Source: the human T2T-CHM13v2.0 reference genome, Homo sapiens
Length of the DNA: 64,000 nt
Direction: 5' to 3' (one strand)
Assembly (NCBI RefSeq): GCF_009914755.1
Contig: NC_060947.1
Shown here: positions 35,290 to 52,600 of the stretch, one piece after another
How the letters are laid out: the number at the start of each line of letters is the position of its first letter
Numbering within the stretch: position 1 is the stretch's first letter
Translations under genes and position numbers: made by a program
Notes under the pieces: generated by a model
The model's input: the letters and a program-made list of their open reading frames with translations, nothing else
Told to the model about the DNA's origin: nothing
Database searches by the model: none

Positions 35290-38135
35290 TAAGCCTTGCT
35301 GTTGGAAATGCAAAATGCAACCCCTTTATGGAGAAAATTTGGTAATATTTAGCAAAAGTATGTGTATTTGCCTTTTGACCTGACAATACCAATTCTATGA
35401 ATCGATCCCACCGATATACTGGCCAAAATATGAAAACACATATATACAAAGCTATTCATTACAGAATAATTTGTAACAGCAAAAGTCTAGTAACAGTGCA
35501 AACGTTCAATAGGGGATCAGTTGAACAAACTACAGCGCATCTACACAACGGAGCACTATGCAGCTGTTAAATGAGGAAGAGCTCTATAAATAAATAAAGT
35601 CAGTGGAGAGAAATTTGTGGAGTTAATAGATAAGTTTACGGCCTTGACTGTGGTGGTGATGAACTAAGTAGGTGTGTACTCGTCTCCAAACTCATCAAGT
35701 TGCATATATTAAATATGTTCAGCTTTTAAAACATGAAGAAGATCTCAATATACTGCTGTAAAGTGACTTCCAGGAAATTTTGTTAAGCTAAAATAAGGTG
35801 TAGAAAAATGCTAACATCATTGTGTCATTGATCCAAGAATAGAGGGATGCAAATATAATATATGAATATTCTTCTATTAAAACATTAAACAATAGAAGGA
35901 TGAAACTTAAAATTTTTTGAAATGGTTGCCTCTAGAGTTGGATGGAAACAAGGTAGAGAGGAAAGAGATAGAAGCTAGACTTATTCGAATATATACTGGC
36001 TTGTAGATTTGACTTTGGAACAATGTAACCATGTTACATAATCATAAAACAACATTATAAAATAGCAATTCCTAAAAATTGAAAGCAAAATGACATAAAC
36101 TAATCTAAATGTATATGTAGTTGATGACAGAGAGAAACTATTCCACATGACTTCTAAACACAGGAATTTGATAGTATATCCCTAGAGAGATTTATTTTAA
36201 GGACAAAAATAACTTTAAAAAACGTAAATTATTTACAGTAATTATGTTGGCAGTGGTAGCATTAGTACTGTTATTCTGAAACAGTTCTATTTGTAAGGTG
36301 AGATAAATTGAATAAGTAATTGTGTGATATTTTAATTCTATCAGTCCCTGTGGCCTTGAAAACTGGGATTCTTAGTGTGGGAGTAAGATGATATGGATGT
36401 AAGACTGCAGTTACATAAATACCCTGTAGCACTGAATTTGAATTGATATGAACTCATGTTATATTTAATCTTAAAAATACATTTCCTACTGTTACAATTT
36501 GTTTAGAATTTGTCTAGCCAATTTCCCGATTTTCACCAGAAATCCACCCCCATGGAAAAAAAAAATACATTTCTAGCATTTCCACTGAAATGCTCTAGAA
36601 ACACTGACTGATCCAATATAAATGTATCCCCTTAAAATGCAGATTCTGGCCTTGAAATACCATTTCCCACTAAAAGAAATGAAATACCCTTAGAGAAATG
36701 GCTAATTCCAGATCTGGGTCAGGAAACGCGCCAGATGAGCATGGCATATCTTGTCCTACCAGATAACAAGGAAACTATAAAACTACTAGGGCTGTGGCAA
36801 AAGGACTCAGGAAATAACTTACTGGCCAAAGATGGCACAATTTAAGTATCAAAAATGACTGCAATTTAACACATTTAATATATTTAAATCCATAATTTTA
36901 TTATAAAAAAATCTAGTTGGTCCCTTTTTTTCTGACGATAGGGAATCAACTTATTATTTTGAAAATTCATAATTAAAAGGAAAGAATCAGGTATTAGATC
37001 TGTATTCCCCATATGAACTATACTACTGGGCAACCAAATCATAGATGAAGGAAATTTATTTTTATAGAAGTATTCTAACCAATAAGTGAAAATATAACTA
37101 GAATTAGAATATCACCATTTTGCAATCACTAATGAAGTGATGGATCTAAACACTGACAAATAATGTTTGCTATTATAACAAAACCTAAAGATCTACCTGC
37201 TGAAGGCGACAACCAACACTATATATGACACATTACTTTTGCCTCCTCCAAATCAAATCTGAATCAGATCAAGCCTATAGATCCAACTACCAATTCATAT
37301 GAAATACAAAGGTCAGAGGAACATCTTAACCTATACCATGGGGATTCAATCAACAAAATCCAGATTGTGAGAACCTCTACAGGAAAAATGTTAACTTTTT
37401 TTCAGAAAATAAATTATGAGAACAAAAAGATGGAAGAACTTCTTATAGTTTCTAAATATTCTAAAAGACAAATCAATCAATTATAATATATGGACTTTAT
37501 TTGGATCCTGATTCAAAAAAGTGTATACTGTGTGTGTATATGTGTATATAATTGAAAATTTGAACACTGACCAGGTATTTGATAATATTAAGAAATTTCT
37601 GCTATATTGATATTTGATAATTGCATTTTAGTTATGTTATAAAATATTTCATAACTTTTATCGATACATGCTAAAATATGTATGGATTAAATTATACAAA
37701 GCGTGGGATTTGCTTCAAAATAATATAGGAGGGAGGAAGTAGGTGGAGCCAGAGATGCAACAAAACTGGCCCTGAATCGATAATTATTGAAGCTGGATAA
37801 TGGGTATGTGGTGGTTTTTCATACTATTCTCTTTACTCCTGTGCATTTAAAATCTTTCTAATTTTAAAAATAAAGGTCAAGCTGTCTGGCATTAATTGGT
37901 AGACAAAGAGAAGGAAAGGTGGAGGAAGAGGTAGGGACACTACAATATTATTCTCATCCCAGAAAATAGAAAGCTAAGAAACTCTTTTTAAAAATGACAA
38001 CCATTTAGTGGTTGTCAACCAAATAGAGGTCTACTATTTAAAGTTACAATGTAACTAATAAGAAATGTTATTATTTAAAGTCATAATGTAACTAATGAGA
38101 GAATTAAACAATAAAATATCCATGAAATTGTGGAA
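35290..38135 (+). mobile_element. Ancient L1MC4/L1ME-type 3' region
   Basis: GTTGGAAATGCAAAATG ORF2 end followed by a long 3' UTR (CCTTAGAGAAATGGCTAATTCCAGATCTGGGTCAGGAA; ATGGACTTTATTTGGATCCTGATTCAAA). Confidence 0.75.
36488..36560 (+). pseudogene. U7 snRNA processed pseudogene (RNU7-P family)
   Basis: TGTTACA...TTTAGAATTTGTCTAG matches the U7 5' half including the U7-specific Sm site; decayed 3' hairpin, oligo(A), 13-bp TSD AAAAATACATTTC (36473-36485 and 36561-36573). Confidence 0.85.
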
Positions 38136-38139
38136 GATA

Positions 38140-38710
38140 TATTAGTTATCAATTATTGCATGATAAATTACCCCAAAACTTATTTGCTGAAAGCAACAAA
38201 CATTTTTTTGCTATTTCTGAGGGTCAGGAACCTGAGAGCAGCTTAGCTCAGTGGTTCTGGTTCAGAGTCTTTCAAGAAGTTACAATCAAGCTGTTGGCCC
38301 TGGCTGTCATCTGAAGGTTTGACTGGAGCTGGGGGATGTTCTTCTAAGATAGCTTATTCACATGGCTGTTTGCAGGAGGCCTCAATTCCTTACAGACTGT
38401 TGACTGTAAGTCTCAGTTCCTTGCCATGTGGACCTCTCCACAGGACTATTTCAGTGTCCTCAATACATGGCAGCTGGCCTCAGCCAGTATGAGTGATGGG
38501 GGGCAGGGAGGGAGTGAAAGAGACCAAGGTAGAATCTACAATGTCTTTTATAACCTAACCTCAGAAGTGGCATACCATCACTTCAACCATATGATACTGG
38601 TCATGCAGCTCAACTATGGACCCTGGTACAATATGGGAGGGAATTATACAAGGATGTGAATAATAGGAGGTGGAGATAATTGAGGGCCATCTTGGAAGTT
38701 GACCACCTCC
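38140..38710 (-). mobile_element. MLT1F-like MaLR solo LTR
   Basis: TATTAGTTATC...CAGCTTAGCTCAGTGGTTCTGGTTCAGAGTCT...GGCCATCTTGGAAG. Confidence 0.85.
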
Positions 38711-39594
38711 AAGAAGTGAAAGGTAGTATCCATAAGTGATTGTCTTTATAAATATATAAATAGATAGATATCACAATATGAATATATTCTTTACAGCTAT
38801 AGAGTTAGCCAACAGAAAAGCTTAAAGCAGGTATAATTAAAGATGTCCACTACTAGGGTGGGGCAGGAGAGGGATAAGGTGTAGAAATATTGCTTTTTGT
38901 TTTAGTCCCCTTTATGCTACTTGATTTTTACCATGTTTCTTCATTCAAGTGTAATTACAAAATCAAAGTGACTTGAAAGGTGCTCCCTTACAAAGATAGT
39001 ACTAAGTAAGTATCTTTGTATATACTTTCTTGATCTGAATTCAGAGGTCAGCGAGGGGCAAGCTCAGGAGTCTGGACCATAAATGGTTCTAGCAAAGATT
39101 AGGCAATAGGTTCAGGCAACAAGGATCGAGAGCCGGGCTCAACATAGAGCCACAGTCTTTGTGAATCTACCACTCCCAGGCACAGGGAACAAAATACCCC
39201 GACTGTCAAGCTCCAATAGGCATCCCTCAGAGGCCAACGTGGCCCGAGAAAGGGTCATCTCACAAAGCTTTGGATTTCAGATCAAGCCCACAGTAGCCTC
39301 TCTAGGTTAGGTGCTTTATAAGTGTTCTCTTGACCACCTGCGTGGAACAAACTATGACACAAGCAATGAGGAAATATTTTTGAGCTTCCCACACTTTTTT
39401 GGCAACTGCCATCAGGCCCCTCAACATCTCAAGATCAAACATTTATGCAAGAAAGGAATCTGTCATCATTAGAAAGATCTGCCTACTGGAGCATCCTGCC
39501 CTTTGGTCCTCATGGGTAGGAGCATTAAGCTTTGTTTAGATTTGTTCGATGGCTGACTTGGATGGTGACTTAGACTTACCCACATTTGGACTCA

Positions 39595-40491
39595 GGGAGG
39601 AGCCAAGATGGCCCAATAGGAACAGCTCTGGTCTACAGCTCCCAGCGTGAGCGACACAGAAGACGGGTGATTTCTGCATTTCCATCTGAGGTACCGGGTT
39701 CATCTCACTAGGGAGTGCCAGACAGTGGGTGCAGGTCAGTGGGTGCACGTGCGAGCCGAAGCAGGGTGAGGCATTGCCTCACTCGGGAAGCGCAGGGGGT
39801 CAGGGAGTTCCCTTTCCTAGTCAAAGAAAGGGGTGACAGACGGCACCTGGAAGATCGGGTCATTCCCACCCGAATACTGCGCTTTTCTGACGGGCTTAAA
39901 AAACGGAGCACCAGGAGATTGTGTCCCGCACCTGGCTCGGAGGGTCCTACGCCCACGGAGTCTCGCCGATTGCTAGCACAACAGTCTGAGATCAAACTGC
40001 AAGGCAGCAGCGAAGCTGGGGGAGGGGCGCCCGCCATTGCCCAGGCTTGCTTAGGTAAACAAAGCAGCCAGGAAGCTCGAACTGTGTGGAGCCCACCACA
40101 GCTCAAGGAGGCCTGCCTGCCTCTGTAGGCTCCACCTCTGGGGGCAGGGCACAGACAAACAAAAAGACAGCAGTAACCTCTGCAGGCTTAAGTGTCCCTG
40201 TCTGACAGCTTTGAAGAGAGCAGTGGTAATCCCAGCACGCAGCTGGAGATCTGAGAACCGGCAGACTGCCTCCTCATGTGGGTCCCTGACCCCTGACCCC
40301 GAGCAGCCTAACTGGGAGGCACCCCCTAGCAGGGGCAGACTGACATCTCACACGCCCGGGTACTCCAACAGACCTGCAGCTGAGGGTCCTGTCTGTTAGA
40401 AGGAAAACTAACAAACAGAAAGGACACCCACACCAAAAACCTATCTGTACGTCACCATCATCAAAGGCCAAAAGTAGATAAAACCACAAAG
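39595..40491 (+). promoter_or_regulatory. L1 5' UTR with internal sense and antisense promoters; YY1 site intact
   Basis: CAAGATGGCC at 39604-39613; CpG-rich. Confidence 0.85.
39708..40037 (-). CDS. ORF0: L1 antisense ORF0, 109 aa, open
   Basis: MAGAPPPASLLPCSLISDCCASNRRDSVGVGPSEPG N-terminus matches ORF0; ATG is the complement of 40035-40037; expression unknown. Confidence 0.6.
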   Translation of the reverse strand: MAGAPPPASLLPCSLISDCCASNRRDSVGVGPSEPGAGHNLLVLRFLSPSEKRSIRVGMTRSSRCRLSPLSLTRKGNSLTPCASRVRQCLTLLRLARAPTDLHPLSGTP

Positions 40492-41506
40492 ATGGGGAAA
40501 AAACAGAGCAGAAAAACTGGAAACTCTAAAATGCAGAGTGCCTCTCCTCCTCCAAAGGAACGCAGTTCCTCACCAGCAATGGAACAAAGCTGGATGGAGA
40601 ATGACTGACAAGCTGAGAGAAGAAGGCTTCAGACGATCAAATTACTCCGAGCTACGGGAGGACATTCAAACCAAAGGCAAAGAAGTTGAAAACTTTGAAA
40701 AAAATTTAGAAGAATGTATAACTAGAATAACCAATACAGAGAAGTGCTTAAAGGAGCTGATGGAGCTGAAAACCAAGGCTCGATAAGTACGTGAAGAATG
40801 CAGAAGCCTCAGGAGCCAATGCGATCAACTGGAAGAAATGGTATCAGCGATGGAAGATGAAATGAATGAAATGAAGCAAGAAGGGAAGTTTAGAGAAAAA
40901 AGAATAAAAAGAAACGAGCAAAGCCTCCAAGAAATATGGGATTATGTGAAAAGACCAAATCTACGTCTGATTGGTGTGCCTAAAAGTGACGGGGAGAATG
41001 GAAACAAGTTGGAAAACACTCTGCAGGATATTATCCAGGAGAACTTCCCCAATCTAGCAAGGCAGGCCAACGTTCAGATTCAGGAAATACAGAGAACGCC
41101 ACAAAGATACTCCTTGAGAAGGGCAACTCCAAGACACATAATTGTCAGATTCACCAAAGTTGAAATGAAGGAAAAAATGTTAAGGGCAGCCAGAGAGAAA
41201 GGTCGGGTTACCCTCAAAGGGAAGCCCATCAGACTAACAGCAGATCTCTTGGCAGAAACTCTACAAGCCAGAAGAGAGTGGGGGCCAATATTCAACATTC
41301 TTAAAGAAAAGAATTTTCAACCCAGAATTTCATATCCAGCCAAACTAAGCTTCATAAGTGAAGGAGAAATAAAATACTTTACAGATAAGCAAATGCTGAG
41401 AGATTTTGTCACCACCAGGCCTGCCCTAAAAGAGCGCCTGAAGGAAGCACTAAACATGGAAAGGAACAAGTGGTACCAGCCACTGCAAAAACAGGCCAAA
41501 TCGTAA
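40492..41506 (+). pseudogene. L1 ORF1p, disrupted
   Basis: ATGGGGAAAAAACAG start; frameshift near 40585 and TAA at 40784-40786; RRM/CTD region open over 40838-41506. Confidence 0.93.
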
Positions 41507-41569
41507 AGACCACTGATGCTAGGAAGAAACTTCATCAACTAACAAGCAAAATCACCAGCTAACATCGTA

Positions 41570-45394
<3,825 letters not shown>

Positions 45395-46134
45395 ACAATG
45401 AGAACACATGGACACAGGAAGGGGAACATCACACTCTGGGGACTGTGGTGGGGTCGGGGGAGGGGGGAGGGATAGCATTGGGAGATATACCTAATGCTAG
45501 ATGACGAGTTGGTGGGTGCAGCGCACCAGCATGGCACATGTATACATATGTAACTAACCTGCACATTGTGCATATGTACCCTAAAACTTAAAGTATAATA
45601 ATAATAAATAAAAAATTTAAAAAAAGAAAGACTTACCCACATTTCAAATTCACTGGGCTTTATAGACTTAAAACTTCTGAAGGTACTCAGGACCCTACTC
45701 TGATAGACCTTCAATGTCCTCCCACCACTCCACCTCCCATCCTCAGTGATCTACAGCTGCTCAGAAGAACCTCTTGTTCCTAAAACAATGAAGATACACT
45801 TTTCTAAAAGAGTCTCTGCACTTAAAAGACTAATCTAAAACACAGTATAATACGGCTATGAGTATTTAATATTATTATGGTTGTCAGTTGATTTAAATAT
45901 TTTAATGAGTGGCTTTATTATGCTTCTGTCCTATTATGCTTCTGTCCTAAGGCTTTAGGCATAATACAATTGTAAAACTCCAATGTCCTTGTAGCCATAT
46001 TTCTTTGGCATTTTAGTAGTTTGTGGAAAAGGTCCAAATCATGATTGTTATGGCTCACACCAACAGATGACATCAGCAGTGATTTTGTACAAAGAACCTT
46101 GAACTAGGTATCAGGAGCCATGCATTTAAATTCC

Positions 46135-46220
46135 ATATCAAAACATCATGTTGTATACCTTCAGTATATGCACTTTTTATTCATCATTTATACCTCAATA
46201 AAGCTGGAGAAAATAAATAA
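46135..46220 (+). mobile_element. L1MA-type 3' tip splitting a MIR
   Basis: AAAACATCATGTTGTATACCTT...TATACCTCAATAAAGCTGGAG; MIR halves at about 46075-46139 and 46325-46478. Confidence 0.75.
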
Positions 46221-46358
46221 TATATACATGATGAAATACAGAACTAAACAAAGGGTATAACTATGTTAATAATTGAAAAAATGATGGATAAAAAGTAAAA
46301 ATTACAGCTGAGTAAAAAAATTAATAAATTCCAGATCTGCCACTTACCAGCTAGGTGA

Positions 46359-46786
<428 letters not shown>

Positions 46787-48037
46787 GTGAACATATTTTC
46801 TAAACTATAAAGTGAACGGCACACAGAAAAGATTTACACTCCTTTGTACAAGTGAAAAAATATGTAGTAATTTGAAAAGCTAAATTCTAAGTTCTTTCAT
46901 TCACAAAGACATACTGAGCTTCCACCATTCACCTAGGAGGAACTCTCCACCCCTTTTTGTCTCCAAGCCTGCTTGTATCAGCTGTGTCTGTGAGCAACAC
47001 AGAGGAGCCACCCCATACCCATAGTGCCTGCACAGTGTCTGGCACAAAGGACACCTGATACACACTTACTTCACTGGAATGAACAGCCCTCCCTCCCACC
47101 AAAATTCTATTAAGCCTCTACTTCCAGGGCTCTCTGAAAGCTGCTGCATCCCATAGTCCAGCGAGATCACATGACTTACTGCATGGCCTCCTGCAGCTAG
47201 CCTTTACCTTGAGTCTATGAACATCAGCAATGGCATCTGACCACAGGCTCCCTTGGCTTGGATGGTAACTTGGAATTACCCACAATTCAAATTTGATTGG
47301 CTTTATAGACTTAAAACTTCTGCTCTTTTTATTAGAATTTGACCTCAGTATGGATCATAGGTGCTTAGTTTCTTCCTCTCTTAATTTTTAGAGATTAATT
47401 ACTATAGTAGGAATTCTGTTGCTTTCTAAGATATTTATTCTTTTTAGTTTCATCCAGAACTGGAAAGATATCAAGGCGACAAGACTTGTGTATCAGTCAC
47501 AGCCAGAGTCATTGGCAGATGGGATGATAGGTAAAATGAGACTGGACCCAGTTTGGGCCAACAAGTGGCACAGGAATTAGCAAAGGGTGACAAAGATTAT
47601 ATTGCTAGTAGAATTGGGCAAGGTTCAAGGAAGCCAGAAGCAGCAAGTTCAGTAGAGGCCAAGAGTTCTGTTTACCTGCTAAGAGAGGAGCAGACAAAGG
47701 CACTCAGATATCCTGGCAAACTTCTTGAAAGACAGAGCTGGTTAGACTGAGGATTTGTTCTGATTGCTGCCTCTGAGCTTCACTGTTAGACACTCGGCAT
47801 TCAGTTCTGCTGGATCTTCAACCCCTTCCTCCAACCCCCATCACTTTTAGAGCTGGTGTTGGACCAACTAAGCCCAAAGACATAAAACGAAAGGGCAAAG
47901 ATATATCTACAAATACAAATAAACACGATTGGTACTATTACTATCAAAGTAGAGTTTAAGGCAACAGTATTAAGCAGAAGAGAGAGATTTTATATAAATA
48001 AAACACACAGTTCAGCAAAAAGTAGTAAGCATTGTGA

Positions 48038-48367
<330 letters not shown>

Positions 48368-49148
48368 CAGCTTCAAAATTTATAAAGCAAAGATTATAGA
48401 ACAAAGAGGAGGACATGAAAATGGAGAGGAAAATCGGACCCACGTGGTGGAGGGACTTGAATACTTTGGAAGGAATCTGTACTCTATAGGAGACAGGAAA
48501 CCAAGTAATCTCTCTGGTCCTTGGCTGTGCCTTTGATTTTCCTGCTTGTGTCAAGCTCTGTCTGTGAGCAACCCCAGGAAGCTACCCTGCATCCCCAGTG
48601 TCAGCCACATTGGACACAGAGGCCACCTAGGACATACAACTTCTCTAGAATAAATGGAAATGATCTCCATGACCCTGCTCCCCATCCAAACTAAATTCAT
48701 TCTTGAAGATACATATCACAACCCATCTCTTATATCAAGCTTTCTTCCCACCCAGTATCCCTCATGACCTCCTTCTCCCAACTCTGAGCCCTTGGAACGA
48801 TCATCAGTAAAACTCTTTGGGAAATTAATCACACCCTGCTTGTGATCTATCTTCTTCTGTGTTATCTATTTGAGCTATCGCTTGAATCTTGCCTTATCAC
48901 TTCACTTTTCACAAACTTGTTTTTATCTGCCAGACTTAGCTATATACCTCAGAGGCCTGATGTGGTCTGATATTTTTTGTTGTTGTTTACAGCAGCATCA
49001 CCATCCTGCTAGAACAACTGCATAACTGCATATGTAGAGTGCTTTCTGAGAAAGCAGACTCTGGGACAGCGGGTGGATGGGCCTGAAAGGCAAGAGGCTT
49101 TCTCTGATAGGAACCTGCTATGATCATACAAGGCAGGGGTAAGGAGAT

Positions 49149-49765
49149 TTTCATGGTTAATACTATATGTCACGTTGACATATGCCCATAGCATGCTCAG
49201 ATATCTGATTCAAAACATTATTTCTGGGCATGTCTGTGAGAATGTTTCTGGAAGAGACTGGCATTTGAATTGGTTGACTGAGTAAAAAATATGGCTCTCC
49301 CTAATGTGGGTGGGCATTATCCAATCTGTTGAGGGCCTAAATAAAACAAAAAAGCAGAGGAAGATTGGATTTGTCCTCCCTCTGCCTGAATGCTTGAATG
49401 AAGAACATCGATCTTCTCCTAACTTCGGAGCTCCTGGTTGGTTCTCAGGCTTTCAGATTCAGATAGGAATCTACACCAATGGCCCTCCAGTTATCAGAAC
49501 TCCCATTTATACCACTGGCTTTCCTGGGGCTTCATCTTCCAGACAGAAGATCATGGGACTTCTCGGCCTTCAAATCACATGAGTCAATGCCTTATAATAA
49601 TGATAATAATTTCAGATAGATAGATGATAGATAGATGATAGATAGATAGATAGATAGATAATCTGAGACAACTGTTTCAGTCAGATACGTGCATTTGTGT
49701 GTGTGTATATATATTCTCCTATTTGTTCTGTTTCTTTGTGTCTCTGGAGAACCCTGACTGATACA
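49149..49765 (+). mobile_element. MLT2 (ERVL) solo LTR
   Basis: AATGTGGGTGGGCATTATCCAATCTGTTGAGGGCC; ends CTGGAGAACCCTGACTGATACA; perfect 5-bp TSD GAGAT. Confidence 0.92.
49614..49660. repeat. (GATA)n tetranucleotide microsatellite
   Basis: Interrupted AGAT run within the MLT2 LTR. Confidence 0.95.
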
Positions 49766-51078
49766 GAGATGGTATTTGCTTATGCTAGAAGGAAATGACG
49801 CAAGTAAATTCTCAGGAAGAAACAGGGCTGAATGGACTAAAAGGAGTAAGAGAGTCAAGGATATCTCTAGCTGATTTGGTTATGATCTGCAAGGTTCCAA
49901 GCATGGTGCTGACATCCATGACCCAAGATAAGCCCTCCATACCAAAAGAGCACTATTAGCCAAAGGCCATTTGCTCAGTTGGTTCAGGACCAAATCATCC
50001 ACTGCTTCTGACCCATGTAGGGATGGCACAGGGGAGGAGGAAGGGTAGTTCAGCAGAGGCCCCTCTCATGCAAGCATTCTGCCTGTGCTCCTGGCACTCC
50101 CAGTGCCCCACCCTGCAGATTACCCAAGCCCTTTTCAGACCAAAAGATAAAGATCCCTATGGAGGAGTGGAACACCCCTCTGGCTCCCAATATCAAAGAT
50201 TAGATACAGACAAGCCCTGTCTAGAGCCCACCAGCTCTAGATGCCAGACCACAAAGGGCTCCTCAGAAAGCATGATTCTCCCCCACTCCCCTGGTGTGCT
50301 TAGCAGCAGACACGTGGCTCACCAGTGTAACTCTACCCCCACCCCAATGCATCTAAGGGCAGTCCTTCCTCTGCTGCCTGAATACAGCCCTCAGAAGCTG
50401 GCTTCTCCACGTGCTCCAGGCAGAAGTAATGGTTCCCTCAAATCATTCAGTTTGTACTTCTCTGTGAAAGGCTGTATGGAAGAGGGAAAATCACAGGGAC
50501 TTGAGAGTCAGAGAAACCTGGGTTAGTATCTTTGTGACCCTGAGCAAATCATCTCCCATATCTGGGCTACATACCCAACAGGTTGTTGCCAGGGTTAAAT
50601 GGCACCTAGCACAAGTAAGCACCCAAGAAGCAGTAACAGTTATTGCTATCACTCTGTGCTGTGATAAAGTTAATCAAGGAAAAGTTCAGAAAGGGAAGCA
50701 ATCTGTGAATGTCTGGGAGTACTGAAACAGGCTTGCCTAAGGCCTGAGCAGAGCCTTAGCTTAGTCTGCCTCTTGCACAGGTGAGGCGCATAATTGCCCA
50801 AAACACCCCTACAGGAGACCCAGCAGGGGTTGAACTCCCCTTCCTGCTGGCCAAGCCTGGAGCCTGCATCTTATTTGCATACTGATTAACACTAGTTAGG
50901 AGAAATGCATGATCATGATCCTTGTCCTGTAAAGGCTGGGTAGAAACAAAGTCAATGTGAAGCAGAATAGTCTTTCAGCCAAATGGATATGCTTACTCCC
51001 TGAAGCAACAACGGAGGAGGGCTTTGAACTCTGCTGGGAGCTTGCTAGCATCTCAGGAAATTCTCTTGCAGGGACTGA

Positions 51079-51447
<369 letters not shown>

Positions 51448-52359
51448 TTCTAAGGCATTTTTAGAGCCATTTTCTCATCTGGTCCTCTAAATAACCCTGT
51501 GAGGTAGGTATGAATAAACCCATTTCACAGAGCAAGAGACTGCAGGCTCAGAAGGATAAAGAGATTAATCTAAGGTCACTCAGATATATATACACACACA
51601 CACACATACACGCGGTTTTCAAGTTCAAATTCAAACAAGTCTGTCTGGAGCCTCCAGAACTCAGGCTTTCTACCCCACTCCACTACCTCTTAGTACTTCC
51701 TTCTCTCTTCTTTACTACCCTGCCAAAAAAGTCTATCATTCTCTAATTTATTCTTCTTTTCTGTGGCTCCTGCTCACCTAGGAGTTTATAGCCACAGAAT
51801 CTAGCCCCCTCAGGCCAGAAAAATGAAGATACCTGCAAGCAGTGACCCGGCAGCTTCTGTTTTCAACAGTTTAATTTCAAAGGAAATGGACCTCACTTAA
51901 CTAAATTTCCTTTTCTATTTTTTCTAGCTATTAAAGAACTTGCATATCTAATAAATATTTAATAGGAATTTGCCTCCAGCTGAATTCAGGCCCCTCAGCA
52001 TCTCATTACTATGTCTTAGAATAGTATCCTCATTGTCACTTGCTTAATTATGCTCAGAAAGAGTTGAATTGTGTGGCTGTTGGGATCAGAAAGTGATTAA
52101 ATTCACTTGGCAAGACTTTGGATATCTCATTATGATCCTCATTTAGCATTTCTAATGGAGTTATTTTTTTTTTCCCCAATACTGACTTGGGAAAGGCTTG
52201 TTCCGTGGCGCTAACTATTTCCCTGAGCCTCGCACAACTTCATACTGTGCCAGAAAAGATCAGAAGTTACTTCACACCTCATTTGCACTCCCAAGAAAAA
52301 CAGCCATCCAAAGGACAATGATATAAGGCCCTGGAGAAAGGGGTGGGGAAGTTAGACTT

Positions 52360-52600
52360 TGAGACACTTTCCAGATCACTCAGTCTAGTCCTGTCTGATG
52401 GTTGAATCCCTTTTCCAGCAGCAGTATCAAAGGCTAGTCCAGGTCTGGCTTGGATTCCTCCAATATCAGGAAATTCACTTGGCCTTAAGGCAGCCTGCTC
52501 TCTCTTTAAAGGACTCAGTAAAACCTTCATTGCTTTCAATCATTGGTCCTCACGCTGTTCTCCAGGTCATCCCTGGCTTTGTTTGAGAATAAATTATACC
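52360..52600 (-). mobile_element. CR1/L3 3' relic
   Basis: GGCTTGGATTCCTCCAATATCAGGAAATTCACTTGGCCTTAAGGCAGCC resembles the reverse complement of the L3 3' end. Confidence 0.6.

Noticed and set aside
45445-45472. G-quadruplex-forming tract
   Set aside because: Standard L1 3' UTR feature, not specific to this locus
50023-50526. 167-aa ATG-initiated ORF in unique-looking sequence
   Set aside because: No domain, promoter or splice support; its 3' end runs into a MIR
50873-50880. Octamer ATTTGCAT as an OCT4 enhancer
   Set aside because: An isolated 8-mer occurring several times in the window with no adjacent composite SOX site
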